DNA from: an uncultured bacterium
GTDB lineage: Bacteria > Patescibacteriota > JAHJAL01
Assembly: GCA_938004065.1 (NCBI GenBank)
Contig: CALKWM010000038.1
Span: 66,466 to 130,465 of the forward strand
Direction of reading: 5' to 3'
Length of the DNA stretch: 64,000 nt
Of this stretch, positions 1 to 10,000 are shown piece by piece; position 1 is the first letter of the stretch; each line of letters begins with the position of its first letter. The notes below the pieces were generated by a model that was given only the letters and a program-made list of their open reading frames with translations, had not been told where the DNA came from and ran no database searches. Made by a program: the position numbers and the translations under genes.

Positions 1-981
1 TTTGTCTAATTTAAAATCAAAAGTGCTTCCGCCTGACGTATCAGAACCGTAAAGTTCCCATAAATCAGTTGAATCTACCCGGTAAGTAGTTCCAGTTTTG
101 TAATTCATGCTCGATGATCCTCGAAGCATTAGCTGATTAGATCCACCAGTATCAACTATATTTAATTTGCTCGCCGGGCTAGTTGTGCCAATACCAACTT
201 TTCCATCATTTTTTAAAGTCAAAGCGTTCTTTTCTCCGGTAATACTATCGTTCCAACAACGCAAATCGCCGGTAGTATCATCCTGATAAAATGCCCAGAG
301 ATTATTTGATCCGGACTGAATATCCATTTCAGCGTTGGTGCCGGTAGCAGTTTTAATATGTAGAGATTTGTTCGGTGCGTTTGTACCGATACCGACTTTG
401 CCGTCGGCTTCAACTTTGAATAATGGATTACTGCCGTTTTGAATGCCTAGTAATGTATCGGTGGCGTTGGAAGATGCCGGATTTAAACACAATAGACCTT
501 GGCAAATACCGGAACCCAATGCAGTACCGGAAAGATTGATAAATCCATCACCATTGACACTGTTGGCATTGATGGCTTGCGGGACACTGGTCAAAACACG
601 TCTGGGAGTCATCTCGGCATCTACACCGATCTGCACTCCCAGATAGTAACTACCGGAGGTAAAATCAAGATCCATAGCGCTATCGCCGGCTTCACCTAAA
701 ATAGTGGTAAATACCCCACCGGAGGTAGTGACAGATTTAGCAGTCGGAGAACCGCAATCACCTCGAGCACTCCATAGACAGTTACCACCGGAAGCCGCAT
801 CATAGATGCGAAATATTACATTGTAACTGCCGTCAGCTACCGGTTGACCGTCCGATGGACGGGTCAGTTTACCCTGGTAGTTGATTTGTTTGTTGACGGA
901 GGCAAATGCGGGACTCAAGGAAGACAAAAATAGTAACCCGATTCCGATCGCCAAACTGATTTTTTTGATTAAATTTTTCAT
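1..981 (-). CDS. 5' part of a further secreted large surface protein (partial, runs off window start)
   Basis: Open frame on the minus strand from ATG at 981 to position 1 (327 codons, no stop). The ORF track omits it because no stop lies inside the window. N-terminus is MKNLIKKISLAIGIGLLFLSSLSPAFA, a classic signal peptide. It contains repeated G(K/N)VGIGT..P..KL motifs reminiscent of tail-fibre/collar repeats. The track ORF 219..413 is in another frame and is spurious. Confidence 0.6.
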   Translation of the reverse strand, partial: MKNLIKKISLAIGIGLLFLSSLSPAFASVNKQINYQGKLTRPSDGQPVADGSYNVIFRIYDAASGGNCLWSARGDCGSPTAKSVTTSGGVFTTILGEAGDSAMDLDFTSGSYYLGVQIGVDAEMTPRRVLTSVPQAINANSVNGDGFINLSGTALGSGICQGLLCLNPASSNATDTLLGIQNGSNPLFKVEADGKVGIGTNAPNKSLHIKTATGTNAEMDIQSGSNNLWAFYQDDTTGDLRCWNDSITGEKNALTLKNDGKVGIGTTSPASKLNIVDTGGSNQLMLRGSSSMNYKTGTTYRVDSTDLWELYGSDTSGGSTFDFKLDK

Positions 982-1076
982 TTTTTATTTTTTATTATTT
1001 TTTGTTTATATTTTAATTTTTGTTTTGTTATCTTATGTTAATTTTTATATTATTTTAAATATTATTTTTTCATATT

Positions 1077-4000
1077 TTATGGTGAATCGGGTGTGGACCA
1101 GATGTAACTACCACGATCATCGCTACCGGTATCAAAGAAGTTAAACCATTCGGCGGTGGTAAATGAAGTCCGATCAGATGCGGACGGTCCGGAATCGATG
1201 GCTAGAATATCGGGGACAATGGTATTTAATTTATACACTCCGCTCCAACTACCCATACCTCCGGTGTTGTCTTCATTGCAAAGATATAATCTGTGGAAAC
1301 CGTTGCTAATGATATTTATTGTATCTAGGTTGTTAAATAATGTACCGGAAGAACGACAGGTGCTGTCATCACTGTCCCAGGAATATTTTGAATAATTTAT
1401 CCCAGATGACGTATCGGTTGTACTCAGAGTGATAGTCGGATTTGATCCATACCAGCGGTCGGAAGAATTATCAGCAGATACCAATGGATTAGTTTTGTCG
1501 TATTTTTCAATAAATTGACGTTCTGTTCCCCAATTATCCGCACCGGTAAATGGTCGAATGTGTTTGTAATATATACCTTCGGTAACCAATTGATTGTCGA
1601 GATAAGGATTGGTGGTCAAACGACGTAAGTATTCATTGTTAATTTCTGTATCGGTTAAAGTACGAGTGTAAATTTTGGCTTCGTCAATATCACCTTTGAA
1701 GTAGTAATTTTCACAAATATTTCCCAGAGTACCCGCTTCGGCGCCGATACACAATACCGAGTCCATATAATAGATATTGGTCGTCATGACAGTTTGTGTT
1801 TGAAATTGTCCATCAAGGTATAGTTTTACATTTGAGCCGTCATAAGTGCCCGCTACGTGATACCATGTATCATTATTTATAGCTGCGTTGGAAATACACG
1901 CATATTTGTATGAATTGTATCCATCACTAACCGCAAAGCAGAGTTGAGTATTGGATAAGCTTAAACTATAGCCACTATGCCTGGTTTTGGAAATAATTTG
2001 TTGAGAAGCGATACTTTTATCCTCGGTTTTAAACCATGCTGATACTGTTAGATTGGTAGCCGGTTTAAGCGTGTTGTGATCAGTTATCTGAATTTCATCA
2101 TCACTTCCATCAAAATAACGCCCATTACCCAATTGGCCGGTGGAAATAGTTGACCCATTAAATGTACCTTCATTGTTGTTTACTGAGTGATCCCAAGCGG
2201 TCGCGGTATTATCATTTTCAAAATTCCACCAAGCAGCTAAATCAGACTCATTGAATGCAGCAACTGATGAATCATTTTCCAAGTAGTAAAAATAATCATC
2301 TGAGGGACTGGCCGGATCAGTCCAGCTAAAAGAGATCTGATCATCCGATCCGGTGTCGGTATAACCAAACCACTGATCGGATGTCAAAGAAGTACGGTCA
2401 GCAGAAGACTGTCCGGCATCAATAGAGGCAAGATCGGGTGTAGTATTGTCCAGTTTGTATATACCACTCCAACTGTTTTGATTGTTTACATTGTCTTGAT
2501 TGCATAAATATAAAACATGAGTTCCATTTGAAGGGATATTGATGCTATCGCTGTTATTAAAATTGGTACCACTTGACCTACAGGTAGAATCATTACTATC
2601 CCAAGAATATTTGGAATAATTCAGTCCTGAATGATTGTCTATTGTAGTCAAAGTTATGGAAGGATTGATGGAATACCATTGTTCGGAATTACCGGAAGCT
2701 GAAAGAGTGGGAGCAGTTTTGTCATATTTTTCGATAAATTGATACTCCGTTCCCCAACTATCCACACCATTGATTGGCCGAATGTGTTTGTAAAAAGTAC
2801 CTTCAGTTGCGGTTTGACTATCCAAATAATTGTTTTGGGTTAAACGAATCTGATATTCATTTAATATCTCCGTTGAAGACAAAGCTCTGGTGAAAATTTT
2901 GGTATCGTCGATTTGACCGGCGTAAAAGTCACCTCCGGTTTGACGACGGCCAAAATACATTTGCGAATAGGTAGGAGCGGAACCTGAAGTAGTGCCCTTG
3001 GATATGCCATCAACAAAAAATTCATAAGTTGTACCGGAACGGGTAACGGCAAAATGATGCCAGTTGTTATCAGTCGCATTACCACCATAAACCACACCCG
3101 ACGGACCACCGGAATTTTCCAACAGAATATTGCCACTGGTATCGATACATACCTGCAATCCGGCATCACCGGCTTGGGCAAGATCAATAATACGCTCTTG
3201 ATAGACTGGGATAGTTGAAGCTTTGATCCAACCGGTTACTGTCAAATTACCGGGAATTGATGAAGCCAAAGCATTGTCGTGTAGATAATCACTGGTGCCA
3301 TTGAAACTTCTGGCCAGTCCCAAATTGCCGGATGTAGTGGAAGTGCCATACAAAGTGGCATGATTTTCTTGGCCACTATGATCGAGCGCAGTTGTTATGG
3401 TATCATCTTCAAAATTCCACCAACCTACCAAATTGGTATTGGATATGGCATTAACTGAGGAATCATTTTCCAGATAATAGAAATAATCATCAGACGGCGA
3501 AGAGGGATCGGTCCAGACAAATGAAATCTGGTCATCGGATCCGGTTTGTGAATAGTTAAACCAAGTATCGGAAGTCAGCGAGGTGCGGTCGGATGAACTT
3601 GGGCCGGCGTCAAGTAATACAATGTCCGGATCTATGTCGATGTAATATGTTAAATGATACGAACTGTCGGAATAATTTCCGGCAATATCCAGACACCGGA
3701 AATATACATCTTTCTGCCCTTCACCACTTAAGTCCAATGTACAATTGGTCGTACTGATGCAAGTATTGGCCATGGCGCCGTAGGTGAGATCTGATTCATC
3801 CCATTTACAACTGGTCGCATCGGCGGAAGCGGTATAGACGACAAAAGTTGAGCTATTGTCGGTACCGTCGCTGTAGGGAACGGATGTATCGCCAGCGACC
3901 GAGGTAATGCTGGTGACGGCTGGACGGCTGACGTCTTTTTCAATATTGAATGAGAATGTATCAGTATAATCGCCGCTTTCTCCGGCCCGGGCGTATAGCG

Positions 4001-7000
4001 TTACCGTGCCATTGCCAAGCGGATAACCGGTCCAGCTGGAGACATCTTCGTCGTCCTGAATGGTGGCGTTGGACAGCGGACTGATGGTCTGATCAATCTC
4101 AAACCAGTTGGTTTGATTCCAGGAACCATAACAGGTGACGGTGTTGCCGGTGGAAGAAGCGGTCACACCATTGCATTGAATATTGAAAGCGGCGATGTTG
4201 TTGGTGTTCATGTAGCTTTGCGAGGTGGAGGCGGCGGTCATGGAGAGATCACCTTCATAGTCCAAAGTGATTGGCCCCAAGCCGGGAGTCGGGTCGGGGT
4301 CGGTGGTAGTCAGAATCGCTTTATATTGAAAATATTGGTTTGGTGTAGAAGTAATAGTCGCGTTGGTGTTGTCTGTCAAATAGCCATCATTGGCCACAAT
4401 ACCAATATCATCAATCCAGAACGTTCGTCCTTGATTACCGTCCAAAAAGCGGAAAGATAATTCATCAATTGCATCGATGTGCGATGGCATGGCGCCAAAA
4501 ATATCAAAAGTCTCTTTCTGCCATTTGAAAACGTCGGCGTTGGCAGTGTAACCGCCACTCGGAAAAGTGCCACCGGCATCCCACAAAAAAACCGTTACTG
4601 CGCCGGTCGATTGATTGACGGTATTGACTGTGCCCTGGGCGATATATTCGGTGCCATCATAATTTTCGCGGACGATAATTTTGTCGCCGATAAATAGATT
4701 ACTGGCTTTTTGTGAAAGACCGCGAGTGGTAGCATCAACTGTAAATGATGTGTCGCCGGATCCGGAAATCAAATTGCCACTGTCCAATGATGCCCCAAAG
4801 TCAATTGTTGCCATATGAGTTCGTTTGCCGATTTCGTAGGCCTGGCGGATTTCTTCGGCAGTGCGGATTGTATTCGAAAGACGTACCTCATCAATCGTTC
4901 CGTTAAAGGCATAACTATATGGAGCTCCACTATAGGAACCGATGTCGAAATTATTGGTACTATTGACGATCGCTCCCTGAGCAACCGGCCCGCCCGATAA
5001 TTGACCATTAACGTAAATGTATATATTACTACCATTTAGAGTACCGGTCAGATGATACCAGGTGTCAAGCTGAGGCTGAAAAGAGGAGCTGGCGCACTGC
5101 CAGTCGCCATCATACACCATAAATCCAAAACGACTGGCGGTACATCCGGTAGATGTATAGTCATATCCGAACCAATACTCCCCTCCTTTACCAACAATTA
5201 AACTGCTAGTTTTATAACTATTAATTTTAACCCAGGCATCCAGTGTTACGCTACTGGGAGACAGACCATCGCTATCAAGTACAGTGACATAATCATCAAT
5301 ACCATCAAAATACCTGGCATTTCCGGTTTTTCCTTGAGTGGTTTTTGTTTCAAATCCCCGGCCTTCGTGATTATAGCCCGAGCTATCGACAGCAATCGGA
5401 TTATCTAGAACAGATATTTCTTGAAAAGTACCGGTATGGCGGTATTGGGCAATTTGCACCCGCAGACTTTCATTTACTTTGGCATTATCCGTTGCCAATA
5501 GTGTCGTCCAGTTGGTGTAAACACCGCCTTTGATTTCATATCTTGCTCCACCATTTGATAACAATGTAATCCTGACTTCATAAGTGGTGTTGGCGACATA
5601 GCCGGAACCATAGGGACCACCAGTTGAAGCACCGTCCTGATAGACATAAAAAGTGCCACCATTAAAATACAGTCCATGAGTCAAAGTGCTATAACTGCCG
5701 GATGAGGTCTGGTTTTGACCCCAGCCGATCATCATGTGATTGGGGGGAGCAACAGAAGTGCTTGTCCTAAATCGAGCGTAGAGCTGTTTACCGGCTTCAC
5801 GGGCAAATGTACCTCGAGATATAACACCCGAATCCCAGGCGGCGACGGTGCCGGCGGATAAAACTATACCATTATTTTGACTGATTTTATTTGCATTGGG
5901 ATCGACTTCCACCCAGTCGATTGTTCTGATGGTGGTACCGGATAAATCATAGGTTAATTTATCCTTGTTATCACCATCCAGATGCCATAAACCGACAGTA
6001 TTGGTGTCCGGCTGACCGTTGGCGTATGGTGATTCGCCGACAGTGGTATTGATGTGCGTGCCGGGTGAATCGGAAGCGATATAATAAGTCAGTTTATTGT
6101 TTGATGATAGATCTACGGGTGAAGCGAGCGAGCGAGTGAGGTAATGTGAGGCGCCGGCGCGGTAGGCCTCGGCGATTTCCTCCGGCGTGCGGGCAACATC
6201 GGAAATGCGAACTTCGTCTATATTGCCAGTATGATATAGATCCGTACCCAACGTATCGTAATGACCAATATAAATTGAGTCAGGATTATTGATATTGGTG
6301 AATTCATTGGCACTGACCGACCCGAACGAACAATTTTCGATGGCCTTTCTTTCTCCGTCGATAAATATCCTGTTGTCTCCATCACCCGTTGCGACCACCA
6401 CATGATGCCAGGCGCCGTCTAAATATTTTTCATGACCCTCACGCACGAACATGCCCAATTGATTGGTTCCACCGCGGCGTAGATAATACGAAATACTCTC
6501 GTCATCACAAAGGGATGTGACACTACCAACATATAAATGAGCAAGATCAGTATTAGCATCTTTATCCGTGATAGAGAAAATAGGACCGGCGGCGGTTGAT
6601 TTAAACCACATTTCGATCGTGCCCTGGTTACGGCCTTCCAACCCGGAAATATGGCTGGAGAGGTTAATATTGTCACTTATTCCATTGAAATATCTCGATT
6701 GACCGGAATATCCCGTGGAGATTGATGTACCGTTAGGCGTGCCGTTATATCCGTTTCCGGAAACGTCTTTGAGGTAATCAGAACTACCTGCCGTTTCCTC
6801 AAAATGCCAAAGACCGACGGTTTCCTCATCTGGTTGTATATAGCCAACGTTAATTTTTGTAGATTTGCCATTTTCTATACCAAACGATTCGTCCGAATTC
6901 AGGCCGTAGGGCATGGCAGAAAGTTGGGCAAAATATATTCTGGAATCTCCACTGGTAGCTCCCCGATACCACATCATATAACCTTGATCAGTTTTGATAA

Positions 7001-10000
7001 CACTTGGATATGAAACCCAGCTTTCATCTCCCGTACCGGATGTTCCCAAAGGGACCCGTCCCTCAGTAGATGAACTATTTGAAGTCAGGGGCGTGGTATT
7101 GTTGAATTTAACCCAGGTCTGACCATCGATGGATGTGGCATAGAAAATCCGATAATGCACTGTTGTGCTGGCACCAGAATACCACATTTTATAAGTTGAT
7201 CCATCCTTGATGACATGGGGGTCAAAAACACTCACACTGTCGCCGGAACTTATTCCCAGGGCAATGCGACCATTGGTACTGACTTGATTTGAGCTGGTTG
7301 GAATTGTGTTATCGGTTTTAGTCCAGTTTAAACCATCCGGTGAAGTGGCTTGAAAAATACGTGCGCTGGAGCCATCACTACCTTGGTACCACATTTTATA
7401 AATTGAACCGTCTTTGATCACATGAGGATTGGTAACCGAAGATGAGTCTCCCCGCCCGCTCGTTCCCAGCGGAATGCGACCGTTGGTTGAAGTGGTATTG
7501 GAGTTTGAAGGAATAGTATTGTCATATTTGGTCCAGGTAAGACCATCGGGAGAAGTGGCGTAGTATATCCTGAGATTACTACCATCACTACCGGCATACC
7601 ACATTTTATAGGTTGAACCGTCTTTGATAACGGAACCTTTGGCAAGTCCGGAAGAATCTCCCCGACCGCTGGTTCCCAGCGGAATGCGACCGTTGGTTGA
7701 AGTGGTGTTGGAACTTGAAGGAATAGTATTGTCATATTTGGTCCAAGTAAGACCATCGGATGAGGTGGCATAGTATATTCTGCCCGTACTACCATCAAGA
7801 CCGTTGTACCACATTTTATAGCTACCGTTCTCATAAATAACCGACGGGCCGGATGTCCCGCTATCATCTCCAGTGGTAAAATTACCAAAAGGTATACGAC
7901 CATCGGTCGAAGAACTGTCTGATCTAGTTGGGATCGAGTTATTTAATTTTACCCATTTCTGATTGATACTATTATTTTGGATGGACCAGTCATAGACAAA
8001 ACTGTTTTCTTCATTTACATCCATATCATCAAGTTGAGTGATAACACCCGCATCCGCTGGCTTCCACTCCTCCCACCCCCCATCTTCCGGTGTATCGTCG
8101 GAACCAGTGCGGGTTTGGAGTTCGATCTTGCCAGCCTGGTAATTGGATAATATTTCATCAGCATCCAGAGCGCGAGCATAAATTTGAGTAGAATCAATCA
8201 CGCCGCCAAAATATTCATACCTTGATCTACTTGTCCGGTTATAGCGACCAATTTCCAGATTGTTGCTTGGATCAATTGTGGTTGTACCTGGTCCATCTTG
8301 TTCATCTATCAAAGAGCCGTCAACAAAAATCCGAACCTTATCGTCATTTCTGTCCAAAACTCCAACCAGATAATGCCAACCGGGAGTAATTTTTCTGGTA
8401 CTAATCGCTTGGTAAACCGGCCCGCCGGCCGTGTCTACGTTGAATACCGGACTACAATCCACGACATCACTAACATAGCCACTAATAAGCAAAGAGTATC
8501 CATTATCAAAATCTCCGGCTGCCTTCGTGGCGATCGGAGAGTTGTAATCATCCGCCCGGCACGCTCGTAAATTTATCCAGGCCGCGACCGAAAATGAATC
8601 GGTGTTTGGATTTAGATTTGAATCGTGAGTAACGGTCACGTAATCGTCAGTTCCATCCATCATTAATGATCCGGTGCCCCATTTGCGGTTATTGGCTGTC
8701 CAGCCTGTTCCGGCGGCGGCATCTTGGCTGCCAGTGGAGCTAAAATTAGTCAAAGTGCCGGTATGGCCATTGCCAGATGCATCACTGGCGGTAGTACCGG
8801 AAGTTTCATTGAAATTCCATTGAGCAACCAGACTTTGATCGTTTTCCAATGTTTCACCGTCACTGGTGCGGACGCCGTATTCTTCCCAGGATAATGAATT
8901 ATAATTTGGATTGTTGATACCTAAATCGATGACATCGGAAGTGTATTCGCCATAGGGGCGAAGTTGAGCGTCGTAATATATTTCTTCAGGTGAAAGGGCG
9001 CGATTACTTATTTTTATCTCATCAATATCACCATCAAATGAGTCCCCGATAATCAATGGATAATCTGTCATTGATGTACCATTGGTCGAAATTGGCATCG
9101 GATTGGTCATTGTGCCAGTCAAAATTCCGTTAATATATGTATTAATGGTTGCCCCATCGAAGGTGGCGGCAATGTGATGCCAGCTTGTCGAATCAATCGT
9201 CCCTTCGGCCATGGCGCCGTTGGAATAACTAACAGCGGAAGCGTTATATTTCATGGTATCAATACCACCATTGGCAAAACCTTCAACTGTGTTGCCGACA
9301 ATACCAAGACCATAGAAATCACCTTTATTTATAATATTGGAACCATATGAAGCGGTCCAGATCTGATCGTCGGTGCCATCGTTTTGTAAATAAAAGAAAT
9401 AAAACTTAGAACCGACAATCTGCATCTGCGGGGAATATTTGGAATACGAATTATCAATTATTTTGGTAGTACTGAATGATTGACTATCTGTGTCCGAACC
9501 GGCAATCCAGATTTGATTGTTACTGCCATCATCCTCCTGCCAGACATAGTTTATTTTATTGCCTGTCACTTGCAGCTGCGGCATCGTTTTATCATAATTG
9601 CTATCTGTTAATTTGGTCGCGCTCCAGCTATTACTAATCAGGTCAACGACACCCGACCATATTTGATAATCACCATCAGTTTCGTACCAGGTGTAATATA
9701 TTTTTGAACCTATTACTTGCTGCTGAGGATAGTATCTTGAAGTATTGCCACTTGTTCTTGATGTGGCACTCCAGTTACTACCATCAGTTTTCATTGTGGC
9801 GGTCCATATTTGATAAAATAATCCTGATCTTTCTGTCCAGACAAAATATATGTTATCTCCGACGACCTGCAGTTGCGGATATTCTTTATTGTAGTTAGAA
9901 GTTGTTCTCTGAATAGCACTCCAGCCTGTTCCGTCAGTATTCATGGTAGCGGTCCAGATCTGGTTATAGCTACCGGTATATTCACGCCAGACAAAATAAA

